This document shows, in pieces, positions 11,207-20,716 of a stretch of DNA of 64,000 bases (its first letter is position 1; each line of letters starts with the position of its first letter). Source of the stretch: an uncultured delta proteobacterium (GTDB lineage: Bacteria; Myxococcota_A; UBA9160; SMWR01); assembly GCA_963832165.1 (NCBI GenBank), contig CAWHTE010000005.1, positions 160,001 to 224,000 on the forward strand, in the 5' to 3' direction. The notes below the pieces were generated by a model. That model did not search any database, was not told the origin of the DNA, and saw only the letters and a list, made by a program, of their open reading frames with translations. A program made the translations under genes and the position numbers.

Positions 11207-14176
11207 ATGACCTTCGCGCTCCTGCTCGCGTGCTTCTTCCTCTCCGGGTTCTCTGCGCTGCTCTACGAGACGGCGTGGACGCGCGAGTTTGCGTTCGTGT
11301 TCGGGACCTCCGAGCTCGCCGTCGTGGCCGTGCTCGCGGCCTACATGGGCGGCCTCGCGCTCGGAGCCGCGATCGCCGCGCGCGTCGCACCCCGGATCCG
11401 CCGGCCCGTCCTCGCGTATGGGCTGCTCGAGCTCGGCATCGCGCTGTGGGCGCTCGCGCTGCCCGCGGCGATCCGCGCCGTGAGCGCGCTCTATCTCGGC
11501 TGGCTCGGTGGCCTCGACGCGCTTCCCGAGACGCTCGGCATCGCCACCCATGCGTTTCACCTGCTCGGGGCGTTCGCCGTGCTCGTGCCGTGTACGGCGC
11601 TCATGGGCGCCACGCTGCCGCTGCTCGCGGCGCACGCGGTCACGCGCGACGAAGAGATCGGGCCGCGCGTGGGTCTGCTCTACGCCGCCAACACGACCGG
11701 CGCGATCGCGGGAACCGTGGTCGCGGCGTTCGTGTTGCTGCCCGCGCTCGGGCTGCGCGACACCGTGTACTTCGGCGCTGCGGTCAACGCGCTCGTGTTC
11801 GCCGCGGCGGCCGCACTCGCGCGGCGCGCGCCGACGACGGCCACAGCGCACGCTCCGCGCGCGAGCGGCGTGCCGTGGATCCTGCCCGCGATCGCCGTCT
11901 CGGGTGCCGTCTCGTTCGGCTACGAGGTGCTGTGGTTCCGCCTGCTCGGACAGGTGATCGGCGGCAGCACGGCCGCGTTCTCGACCATGCTCGCGAGCTT
12001 TCTCGCGGGCATCGCGCTCGGCAGCGCGCTCGCCTCGCGCTGGGCGAAGACGCCCGCAGCGGCGGCCATCGGCTTCGGCGCCGCGCAGCTCGCGAGCGGC
12101 ACCGCCGCATGGCTCGCGTTCTGCGCGGCCGATCGGCTGCGCGACTGGGCCAGCGCGCTCGGGGTGTCGGTGAACGCGCTGGCGCCCGGAGCGCTGCTCT
12201 CGATGGCGGTGCTCCTGCCGCTCACGCTCTGCGTCGGCGCGACGTTCCCGTTCGCGGTGCGGCTGCTCGCGCGCGATGCGAGCGACGCGTCGGCAGCGAC
12301 CGCGCGCGTCTACGCGTGGAATACGCTGGGCTCGATCGCAGGGGCGATCGGCACCGGGTACTTCCTGTTGCCGTGGATCGGTTTCGTGGGAACGGTCGTG
12401 ACGGGCGCTCTGCTCAACTGCGCGCTCGCGCTCGTCTCGGGCCTGCTGGGGCAGCCCGCGCGCCGCGCGCTCGCCGCTGCAGCCGCCGCGGCGGCACTGT
12501 TCCTGTTGGTGTTTCCCACGCCGGCACCCGACCGGTTGCTGCACGCCTCTCCGCTCGGCGGCGCGTACGACGGCGCCTTCGTCCATTTCGCGGTCGGCCG
12601 CTCGTCGACCGTGGCGCTGATCGAGCAGAGCGGAGGCTGGCGGCTCACCAACAACGGCTTGCCCGAATCGTTCATCCGACCGATCGGCTTCCCGCCCGAG
12701 CCCACCGCGGCGCATTGGCTCTCGGTGCTGCCGGTCCTGCTCCGCCCCGACACCGCGCACATGGTGATCATCGGGCTCGGCGCGGGGATGACGGTCGGGG
12801 CGGTGCCGAGCACGGTGAGCGAGATCGATGTGATCGAGCTCGAGCCGGAGGTGGTCGAGGCCAACGTCGCGGTGCGCGGCCGCGCAGACGGCGACCCGCT
12901 CGCCGACCCGCGCGTGTCGGTGCGGCTCGGCGATGCGCGCGGCGCGCTGATGCTTTCCGGTGGCCGGTTCGATGCGATCGTCTCCCAGCCGAGTCATCCC
13001 TGGACTTCGGGCGCCTCCCATCTCTACACGCGCGAGTTCTTCGAGCTGGTCCACTCCCGGCTCCAGCCCGCAGGTGTATTCGTGCAGTGGATCGGCGCCG
13101 CGTTCGCCGACCCGGACCGCCTGCGCGCGCTGCTCGCGGCGCAGCTCGAGGTGTTCGCGCACGTGCAGGTGTATCGACACTCGGCCGCGATCATCATGGT
13201 GGGGTCCGATGCACCGTTCGACATCGCGACGACCGCGGTGCAGGCGATCGCGCGCTCCCCGCGCGACTTCGCACGCGCGGGCATCCATCGCGCCGAGGAC
13301 GCGATCGCCGGGCTCGTGCTCGATGAGGCGGGAATCCGCGCATTCACGGACGGCGCAGCGCCGAACACCGACGATCGCAACCGGTTCGCGACCTCCGACC
13401 GCCCCACGCTCGGAAAGGACAGCGCCTGGATCAATCGCGAGCTCGCGGTCCACGATCCGCTTCCGGGCCTGCTAGGAACCATCGACGCCGAGAGCCTCTT
13501 GCAGCGCCTCTCGGAGGACGGCCGGACCGGGCGCGCGCGCCGGCTCGCGAGTCAGCTCGAACCCGGTCGCCGCGAGCTCGCGCTGGGGTGGCTCGCGTGG
13601 GACGCGGGGCACAAGGTCAGAGCACGAGCTCAGTTCGCCAAGGTCGCAGGCGATCATGCGCCCGAGAGCGCAGCGATCGGACTCGCGCTGACCGACCCGG
13701 AGGCCGATACCGCGCACCTGCCCGCTCGCGCGCGCGCGCTGATCGAAGCGCTGCGCAGCAAGGATCTGTCGGTCGCGCGCGCACGGGACGCACAGCTCGC
13801 CGAATGGCGGCCGGGAGACGCGCTCTACGGCGAGGCTGTGGAACAGCGAGTGCGCTGGCGGCTCGAGCTCGGTGAGCCCGCCGATCTCGAGGCCGCGATG
13901 GAGATCCTCGAGACGCTGCTCGAGCGCGTCTCGCTCCCGCGCCTGTACCTCTATCGCGCGGAGATCGCCGCGCGCCAGGGCAACCGCGACGTGGCGTGGC
14001 GCTCGCTCCAGGCGCTCGTGTCGCAGCCCGCGATGCGAGCCCCGCCCGCCGTGGCGGAGCGCGGGCTCGCGGTTGCGCGCGCGCTCGGTGATCCGCCGTC
14101 GCCCGACGTGGTGAGCGGGCTCGAGCAGCTGAAACGGGGGCGCGCCGCGAGCGGTGCCGGAGCACGGATCGAGTGA
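11207..14176 (+). CDS. Fused membrane/spermidine synthase-like protein (second paralog)
   Basis: LSGFSALLYETAW, IGLGAGMT, FDAIVSQPSHPW; start taken at ATG 11207 inside the long ORF. Confidence 0.9.
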   Translation: MTFALLLACFFLSGFSALLYETAWTREFAFVFGTSELAVVAVLAAYMGGLALGAAIAARVAPRIRRPVLAYGLLELGIALWALALPAAIRAVSALYLGWLGGLDALPETLGIATHAFHLLGAFAVLVPCTALMGATLPLLAAHAVTRDEEIGPRVGLLYAANTTGAIAGTVVAAFVLLPALGLRDTVYFGAAVNALVFAAAAALARRAPTTATAHAPRASGVPWILPAIAVSGAVSFGYEVLWFRLLGQVIGGSTAAFSTMLASFLAGIALGSALASRWAKTPAAAAIGFGAAQLASGTAAWLAFCAADRLRDWASALGVSVNALAPGALLSMAVLLPLTLCVGATFPFAVRLLARDASDASAATARVYAWNTLGSIAGAIGTGYFLLPWIGFVGTVVTGALLNCALALVSGLLGQPARRALAAAAAAAALFLLVFPTPAPDRLLHASPLGGAYDGAFVHFAVGRSSTVALIEQSGGWRLTNNGLPESFIRPIGFPPEPTAAHWLSVLPVLLRPDTAHMVIIGLGAGMTVGAVPSTVSEIDVIELEPEVVEANVAVRGRADGDPLADPRVSVRLGDARGALMLSGGRFDAIVSQPSHPWTSGASHLYTREFFELVHSRLQPAGVFVQWIGAAFADPDRLRALLAAQLEVFAHVQVYRHSAAIIMVGSDAPFDIATTAVQAIARSPRDFARAGIHRAEDAIAGLVLDEAGIRAFTDGAAPNTDDRNRFATSDRPTLGKDSAWINRELAVHDPLPGLLGTIDAESLLQRLSEDGRTGRARRLASQLEPGRRELALGWLAWDAGHKVRARAQFAKVAGDHAPESAAIGLALTDPEADTAHLPARARALIEALRSKDLSVARARDAQLAEWRPGDALYGEAVEQRVRWRLELGEPADLEAAMEILETLLERVSLPRLYLYRAEIAARQGNRDVAWRSLQALVSQPAMRAPPAVAERGLAVARALGDPPSPDVVSGLEQLKRGRAASGAGARIE

Positions 14177-14193
14177 GCTAGCGTCCGAGGGCG

Positions 14194-15324
14194 ATGGCCC
14201 GCCGTCAGGAACAGGAGCCGGCCCGGCCGGAGATCAGCGAGCTGCCGGGCGGCGTGCTCCGGATGGAGCTGCCGATCCGGTTGCCCGGACTCGGCCACGT
14301 CAACTGCTATGCGATCCCCGACGATCGCGGCGCGGCGATCATCGACCCGGGCCTGCCGGGTCCGGGGACCTGGAAGGTGCTGCAGACCCGGCTCGCCCAG
14401 GCCGATCTGCGACCGCGCGACGTGCACACGGTGATCGTCACGCACTCGCACCCCGACCACTTCGGCGGCGCGGCGCGCTTCGCGCGCGAGACCGGCGCGC
14501 AGATCGTCGCGCATCGGCGCTTCTCATTCGGACCGTTCCCGACCTCCCAGGAGCCCGAGGTGTCGGTCGACGATCTCGCCGCGCATCACCGCCACGCGCA
14601 CGGCGCTCCCGGCGACGACGCCGAAGACGTGTTACCCGAAGCGCTCCAGACTGCGATCGACGACGCCCACGCGATCCTCGAGCGCGCGCGCAGCGCAGGC
14701 CGCACACCCTGGGGCGGCTCGCGGCCCCGACCGCCCTTCCTCACGCGCATGCGCTTCCGCGCGGCCCACTGGCTCGGCCGCTCGTTCCTTCCCGTGATCA
14801 CGCGCCCGGTCGAGCACGGCGACGTGCTCACGCTCGGCAGGCGCGAGTGGTTCGTGACGCACACGCCCGGTCACACGGGCGATCACATCTGCCTGCACGA
14901 TCCCGAGTCGGGCGTGCTGCTCTCGGGTGATCACGTGCTGCCCACGATCACGCCGCACATCGGCGGAATCAGCAGCTCGCCCGATCCGCTCGCATCGTTC
15001 TTCTACAGCCTCGACCGCGTCGCGGAGATCCAGGGCATCGCGCAGGTGCTGCCCGCGCACGGACATCCGTTCGACGACCTCGCCGCGCGCTGCCGCGCCA
15101 TCAAACGGCATCACGTGGAGCGGCTCGAGCGCGTGCGACAGATCTCGCGCGACTTCGGTGTGCCCGAAACCGTACAGGCGTTCTCGCGCGCGCTCTTCCA
15201 CCCGCGCAGCTGGGGGCCGATGGCCGAGAGCGAGACCTACGCGCATCTCGAGCACCTGCGCATGGCTGGAGGCGCCGAGCGGCGCCACGAGCGCGACGGC
15301 ACGCTGCTCTATGTCGCCGGATGA
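14194..15324 (+). CDS. MBL-fold metallo-hydrolase
   Basis: THSHPDHFGG, HTPGHT, SGDHVL, PAHG. Confidence 0.9.
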   Translation: MARRQEQEPARPEISELPGGVLRMELPIRLPGLGHVNCYAIPDDRGAAIIDPGLPGPGTWKVLQTRLAQADLRPRDVHTVIVTHSHPDHFGGAARFARETGAQIVAHRRFSFGPFPTSQEPEVSVDDLAAHHRHAHGAPGDDAEDVLPEALQTAIDDAHAILERARSAGRTPWGGSRPRPPFLTRMRFRAAHWLGRSFLPVITRPVEHGDVLTLGRREWFVTHTPGHTGDHICLHDPESGVLLSGDHVLPTITPHIGGISSSPDPLASFFYSLDRVAEIQGIAQVLPAHGHPFDDLAARCRAIKRHHVERLERVRQISRDFGVPETVQAFSRALFHPRSWGPMAESETYAHLEHLRMAGGAERRHERDGTLLYVAG

Positions 15325-15571
15325 TCGCGTGAAGAAGCTATCGATCGACTTCGAGTTCGCATCGCGCGCGTGGTGGGAGAACGGCGGCCAGGAGCTCTGG
15401 GACGCCGTCACCGAGGGCTTCGACGGCAGCGGCGTCGTCGTCGACGACGATCTCGCCGCTTCGTGGATCGAGCAAGCGCGCGCGATCCCGGGCTGGGACG
15501 ATGGACCCGAGTACGCACCGCACCCGGTTCGCGCGAATGCACTCGCAGACGACGATATCGATTCCGCCTGA
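15311..15571 (+). CDS. Small acidic hypothetical protein
   Basis: MSPDDRVKKLSIDFEFASRAWWENGG, overlaps upstream stop. Confidence 0.55.
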   Translation: MSPDDRVKKLSIDFEFASRAWWENGGQELWDAVTEGFDGSGVVVDDDLAASWIEQARAIPGWDDGPEYAPHPVRANALADDDIDSA

Positions 15572-15750
15572 TCGAGAATTGTTCGCGAATCGCTGCAATC
15601 CGGTGATTTCCGTCACAAGTCGAGTGCGCAACTTCCCCTAGCCTGCGCGCTCCTTAGTTGATCCCTCTGCGCACCGACCTGGTCGAGTCGGTGCCATCCA
15701 TCCCTCGTATCGGCGACCTCCCCCGCGTTTGCCGTCTCAACGCTGGAGAA

Positions 15751-17013
15751 ATGCAAGTGACAAGATCACGGCCGCGCCGCGCCCGCGCGGCGGCCGCGCT
15801 CACCGCGATTGCGCTCGCGGGGGTCGCGAGCGGTGTAGCTGCAGCAACTCAGGTTCTCGTCGGTGTCGACCGCGTGCGCATGGCCTGGACGCCCGCGAGC
15901 GGCAGCCCCGTTGGCTACTGGGTGTGGCGCGGAGTGAACGGCGGCGCGCTAGCGACGTACTCCTACGTCACCCAGCCCACTGTCGAATTTCCCGTGACGC
16001 CGGGTCAGCAGATCCAGGTCCAGGTCGCGGCCGTCGGCGCCGACTCGGGCGGCGCCGCCGGTGCAGGACCGCGCTCCGTGTTATCCGATCTCGTATCGGT
16101 AGTACCCGCGCCCCGCTTCCCCGCCATCGGGTCGTGGCTGTTGCGCTGTACGACGTGTCCGGCGATCGCGAAGCGCTCGCTCGCCGACGCGTCGGTCGTG
16201 CTCGCGAACCGCCTCGCATTGCCGTCGCCCTGGCGCGTATTCGGACGCGCGTCACTGCTGGCCGGTAGAGACCATATCGTCTGGCATAACGCGACGACCG
16301 GACAGATGGCGGTCTGGGACGAGGCGACGTTCGCACCGATTCCGGGAGCCGTGGGTGTCGGCCCGACCGCCCTGCTTCCGGTCGGTGCCGTGGATTTCGA
16401 CGGCGACGGCGTCGAGCAGCTGCTGATGCAGCGCATGGACACCGGAATCGTCTCGGCGTGGGGCCTGACATCGAGCGGTTTCACGCGGATCATGGATCTC
16501 GCGGGTACGCCGAACGCGCTGCTGGCGGCGGCGCGCGATTTCGATCGCGACGGCCGGATCGATCTGCTCTGGTACGACGACGTGTTGGGGACGCTGGACG
16601 TGTGGCTGCTCAAGGGTGATCTGCTGGGCAGCCTGTCGCTCTCCAAGCTGCTGAACCGCGTCCTCCGGCTCGGTGGGACCTCGCCCGATGCGGAGCTCGC
16701 GTCGACGGGCGACTACAACGGCGATGGCCACATCGACGTGCTGCGGCGCTACCCGGATGGGAGGCTCATCGTCACCTACCTCGTCAACGGAGCGACGTCG
16801 GGCAGCATCACGCTGGCGGCCGCTGCGGGCGATGTCGACCAGCAGGTGATCGGATCGGTGAACATCGACGGCATTCCAGGCGACGAGATCGCGCTGCAGC
16901 ACCTCAAGACCATGGCGATCTCGCTCGCGTTTCCGCGCGTGCCGTCGCAGGCCACGCGCGTGATCGCGGTACACCCGGGCGGCGGTTGGAGGTTGGTCGC
17001 GATCGGGTCGTAG
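15751..17013 (+). CDS. Secreted FG-GAP/VCBS-repeat protein with N-terminal Fn3-like domain
   Basis: DFDGDG, DFDRDGRIDLLW, GDYNGDGHID repeats; signal peptide. Confidence 0.75.
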   Translation: MQVTRSRPRRARAAAALTAIALAGVASGVAAATQVLVGVDRVRMAWTPASGSPVGYWVWRGVNGGALATYSYVTQPTVEFPVTPGQQIQVQVAAVGADSGGAAGAGPRSVLSDLVSVVPAPRFPAIGSWLLRCTTCPAIAKRSLADASVVLANRLALPSPWRVFGRASLLAGRDHIVWHNATTGQMAVWDEATFAPIPGAVGVGPTALLPVGAVDFDGDGVEQLLMQRMDTGIVSAWGLTSSGFTRIMDLAGTPNALLAAARDFDRDGRIDLLWYDDVLGTLDVWLLKGDLLGSLSLSKLLNRVLRLGGTSPDAELASTGDYNGDGHIDVLRRYPDGRLIVTYLVNGATSGSITLAAAAGDVDQQVIGSVNIDGIPGDEIALQHLKTMAISLAFPRVPSQATRVIAVHPGGGWRLVAIGS

Positions 17014-17016
17014 GGT

Positions 17017-18693
17017 TCAGCGCGCGGACGCGGCGGGTGCGGAAGCGGGCTCGGGCTCCGCCGCGGTCTTCGCGCGCAGCTCCGCCTGCAGGCGCGCCGA
17101 GCGCTCGCGCTGCGCCGCTGAAAGCCCCGACGCGAGCGTGTCGCGGTTCTCGCGCGCCTTGTCGAAGCCGCCCTCCACCGCGAGCGAGAGCCAGGCATGT
17201 GCGGTGACGAGATCCTTGCGCATGCCGCGCCGGCCCTGGGCGTAGAACAGACCGAGCGTGGACTGCGCGCGCGCGAAGCCCTGGTTCGCGGAGCGCTGGA
17301 TCCAGCGCACGCCCTCGGCTTCATCCTTGGGCACGTCCGTTCCTTCGAGGAACCGTTCCCCGAGCAGCACCTGCGCATCGGACTGGCCCGCCTCCGCGGC
17401 GCGCTGCAAGAGGCGCAGGCCCTCGGCCAGCTTCTCGGGATCGCCGCGCTGATCCAGATATCCGAGCGCCGTGTTGAGCGTGCCATCGCGATCGCCGAGC
17501 TCACTCGCGCGCCGGTACCACTTCGCCGCCTCGACCCGATCCTTCTCTGTCCCGATGCCGCGCTCGTAGAGGATCCCGAGCCGGTTCTGCGCCTTGGCGT
17601 GCCCCTGCCCCGCCGCCTCGCGCGTCCAATGGAACGCCTGCGCGTCGTCTTCCGGGACGCCGCGTCCCTCCAGATAACACTCGGAGAGACGCGACTGTGC
17701 CTCGCGATTGCCGCCCTCGGCTCCCGCGCGCAGCCAGCGCGCGACTTCTGCGGCATCGGGCGTGCCGTACGCGCCCGACTCGATCAGCTCGGCGAGGCGC
17801 AGCCCCGCGGCACCTTCGCCCTTCTCGGCCGCCGCGATATACCAGCGGCGCGCTTCGTCGAGGTTCGCCTCGACGCCGTTGCCCTTCTCGTAGAGCTCCG
17901 CGATGCGCGCCTGCGCCTTCGGGCTGCCCGACTCGGCAGCCTTGAGCGTCCACTGAAAAGCGGCGTGCGGATCGGGCTCCATGCCGAGCCCGCGCTCCGC
18001 GAGCACCGCGAGATTCAGCTGGGCCTCGGCATGTCCCTGGTCGGCCGCGCTGCGAAACCAGCGCACGGCCTCGGCGAAGTTCCGCCCCGGACCCAGGTGG
18101 CTGGTGTAGAGCAGCCCCAGCCGGTTCTGGGCCTCGGCGCTCCCCGCCTGTGCCGCGCGCTGGTACCACTCCGACGCTTTGCCGAAATCCCGCATCGTGC
18201 CGCGTCCGTCCAGGTACGCGAGCCCGAGCGCAAGCTGGGCCTCCAGCAGTCCCGCCTCGGCGGCGCGCTGGTACCACTCGAACGCGCGCTGCGGGTCCTC
18301 GCGCACGCCATCGCCCTTTTCTAGGCGCTGCGCGAGCGCGAAATGCAGATCCGTGCCGCCCGACTCGGCCTCGACCTCGAACCAGTGGAGCGCCTGATCG
18401 GGATCGGGTGCGATGCCATCTCCGGCCGCATACAGGCGCGCCAGCGCACCGGCCGCGTCGGCCCGCTTCTGCTCGGCGGCCTCGCGATACCAGCGCGCGG
18501 CCTCGGCCGTGCTCTTCTCGACTCCGGCGCCCTGCGCATAGGCCGCCGCGAGCGCGACCTGGGCGTCCGCATCGCCGAAGCGCGCCTTCAAGCGCGTGCG
18601 GTCGATCTCGCCGCACGCGAGCGCGAGCCCGGCGGCCGCGAGCACGACGATCGCGCGCGCAATTACACTCTTCATCGCACTGCCGGGCCCCAT
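17017..18693 (-). CDS. Sel1-repeat lipoprotein
   Basis: Many AQxxLGxxYxxGxG..A..W...AA..G repeats; lipobox LALAC. Confidence 0.92.
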   Translation of the reverse strand: MGPGSAMKSVIARAIVVLAAAGLALACGEIDRTRLKARFGDADAQVALAAAYAQGAGVEKSTAEAARWYREAAEQKRADAAGALARLYAAGDGIAPDPDQALHWFEVEAESGGTDLHFALAQRLEKGDGVREDPQRAFEWYQRAAEAGLLEAQLALGLAYLDGRGTMRDFGKASEWYQRAAQAGSAEAQNRLGLLYTSHLGPGRNFAEAVRWFRSAADQGHAEAQLNLAVLAERGLGMEPDPHAAFQWTLKAAESGSPKAQARIAELYEKGNGVEANLDEARRWYIAAAEKGEGAAGLRLAELIESGAYGTPDAAEVARWLRAGAEGGNREAQSRLSECYLEGRGVPEDDAQAFHWTREAAGQGHAKAQNRLGILYERGIGTEKDRVEAAKWYRRASELGDRDGTLNTALGYLDQRGDPEKLAEGLRLLQRAAEAGQSDAQVLLGERFLEGTDVPKDEAEGVRWIQRSANQGFARAQSTLGLFYAQGRRGMRKDLVTAHAWLSLAVEGGFDKARENRDTLASGLSAAQRERSARLQAELRAKTAAEPEPASAPAASAR

Positions 18694-18824
18694 CGCGCGA
18701 AATCCTATCAGCTCGCGCGCTCGATCCTGAACGGAACGCTGTCGTTGGATTGTATGCCCCCAGGGGCTGCGGTAGGTTCCTTCCGCGCTTGCGTCGGAGT
18801 CGGATCCGGCCGTTAAGGCAATCG

Positions 18825-19649
18825 ATGTACGAAGCGTTCTACGGTTTCTCAGAGCAGCCGTTCTCGCTGACGCCAGATCCGCGTTTTCTCTGGCCGTCGG
18901 AGACCCACGAGGAGGGCTTTGCCACCCTCTATTACGGGATCACGCGCCGCAAGGGCTTCCTGCTGCTGACCGGCGAGGTCGGCAGCGGCAAGACCACGCT
19001 GCTGCGCGCGGCGATCGACCAGATCCCCTCCGACATCGAGACCGCGCTGATCATGAACACGGCCGATCTCTCGGGGCTCGATCTGTTCAAGCTGATCGCG
19101 GCCGAGTTCCGGCTCGAGGGCAATTTCCAGACCAAGGCCGACTATCTGATCGCGCTCAACCAGTTCCTGCTGCGCCGGCTCGAGCGCGGCCTCAACACGG
19201 TGCTCGTGATCGACGAAGCGCAGAACCTCGCCGACGGTCTGCTCGAGCAGGTGCGCCTGCTGTCGAACCTCGAGACCAACACCGAGAAGCTGATCCAGAT
19301 CGTGCTGACGGGACAGCCCGAGCTGCGCGACATCCTGGCCTCACCCGTGATGGCGCCGCTGCGCCAGCGGATCGCGCTCGAGCACCACGTACAGCCGCTG
19401 CGCGAGCACGAGGTCGACTCGTATCTCGAGCATCGCGTGCGCGTCGCGGGCGGCGATTACGCGTCGGTATTCCCGCCCGGCGCGAGCAGCGTGTTCTACG
19501 CGACCTGCGGCGGCTGCCCGCGCCTGATCAACCTGCTCGCCGACCGCGCGCTGCTCGCGGGCTTCTCGGCGCAGGAGCGCCCCGTGAGCCTCTCGCTGCT
19601 CGAGCGCAAGGCCAAGGAAATCGCCGACCGCGTCGTCGATCGCCCGTAG
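18825..19649 (+). CDS. ExeA/GspA-family AAA ATPase
   Basis: MYEAFYGFSEQPFSLTPDP, GEVGSGKTT, IDEAQNL, LTGQPEL, GCPRLIN. Confidence 0.9.
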   Translation: MYEAFYGFSEQPFSLTPDPRFLWPSETHEEGFATLYYGITRRKGFLLLTGEVGSGKTTLLRAAIDQIPSDIETALIMNTADLSGLDLFKLIAAEFRLEGNFQTKADYLIALNQFLLRRLERGLNTVLVIDEAQNLADGLLEQVRLLSNLETNTEKLIQIVLTGQPELRDILASPVMAPLRQRIALEHHVQPLREHEVDSYLEHRVRVAGGDYASVFPPGASSVFYATCGGCPRLINLLADRALLAGFSAQERPVSLSLLERKAKEIADRVVDRP

Positions 19650-19673
19650 CGGCTGGGTCCGGACGCCTGGGTC

Positions 19674-20576
19674 CTAGAACAGACCCATCGCCACGGCGAG
19701 TACGAGCGCCATCAGCGCGCCCACGGCAAAGCTCACGCGGTCGCGCAGCGCGAACGCCACCGGATCTCCCGGCAGCTCGCCACGCCGCGCGAGGAACCAG
19801 ATCCGGCTCACCCAGTAGAGCAGGAGCGGCACGAGAAACCAGAGCGCGCTCTCGTGCAGATACTGGCGACCCACGCGCTCGCTGTTGATGTACAGGCATA
19901 ACACGAGCACCGACAGGTAGGCGCTCGTGGTGCCGAGCATCATCACGAGATCGAGATCGTCGCCGCGGTACGCGCGGCCCTTCGGGTCGCCCGCGCCCGC
20001 GCGCACGAAGCGCTGCAGCTCGCCGTAGCGCTTGACGAACGCGAGATCGAGAAAGAAGAACAGCGAGAATGCGAGCAGCCACGGCGTGAGCGTGATCCCG
20101 ACCGCCGCGCCGCCTGCGAGCAGGCGCAGCGTGTACAGGCCCGCGAGCACGAGCACGTCGATCAAGAGCAGGCGCTTGGCGTAGAGCGTGTAGACGTGTG
20201 TGAGAACGAGATAGGCGACCAGATGGGCGATGAACGCCACGGGCGTCATCAGCGCGGCGATTCCCACCGCGAGCAGCGTGAGCGCGAACGCCGCGACGGC
20301 ACCGACGCGCAGCGACAGCGCGCCGCTCGCAAACGGCCGATCGCGTTTCGCGGGGTCGGCGCGATCCGTGGCGAGGTCGCGCCAGTCGTTCGCGAGGTAG
20401 CCCGCCGACGCGATCGCGCTCCAGGCGGCGAAGGCCGCGAAGAGCACGATCCACTTCTCGGTGTCGGAGAGCTGGGCCGGCGTGAGCGCGAGCGGCACGA
20501 ACAACAGGAGATTCTTCGCCCACTGCTCGGGTCGCAGTGCTCGCCACAGCGCCCGACCGTTGCCTTGCTGTGCCAC
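19674..20576 (-). CDS. UbiA-family prenyltransferase (decaprenyl-phosphate phosphoribosyltransferase-like)
   Basis: LRPEQWAKNLLLFVP, YLANDWRD..DR..K.RPFASG, DPVAFALRD. Confidence 0.88.
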   Translation of the reverse strand: MAQQGNGRALWRALRPEQWAKNLLLFVPLALTPAQLSDTEKWIVLFAAFAAWSAIASAGYLANDWRDLATDRADPAKRDRPFASGALSLRVGAVAAFALTLLAVGIAALMTPVAFIAHLVAYLVLTHVYTLYAKRLLLIDVLVLAGLYTLRLLAGGAAVGITLTPWLLAFSLFFFLDLAFVKRYGELQRFVRAGAGDPKGRAYRGDDLDLVMMLGTTSAYLSVLVLCLYINSERVGRQYLHESALWFLVPLLLYWVSRIWFLARRGELPGDPVAFALRDRVSFAVGALMALVLAVAMGLF

Positions 20577-20716
20577 CGTACCCCGCTCGACTGCCGCCCG
20601 GAGGCGAGAGCGCGGCAAGCTTACTGGAACTCGGCCGCGAGCGGCCGAGGCGCAGGCCGGTACGAGCACGTCCGAAAACCGCGCATCGCCGCGCGCGATC
20701 CTGCTACAAACCCATC

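Noticed and set aside
17017..18693. Roughly 108-bp periodicity
   Set aside because: Sel1 protein repeats.
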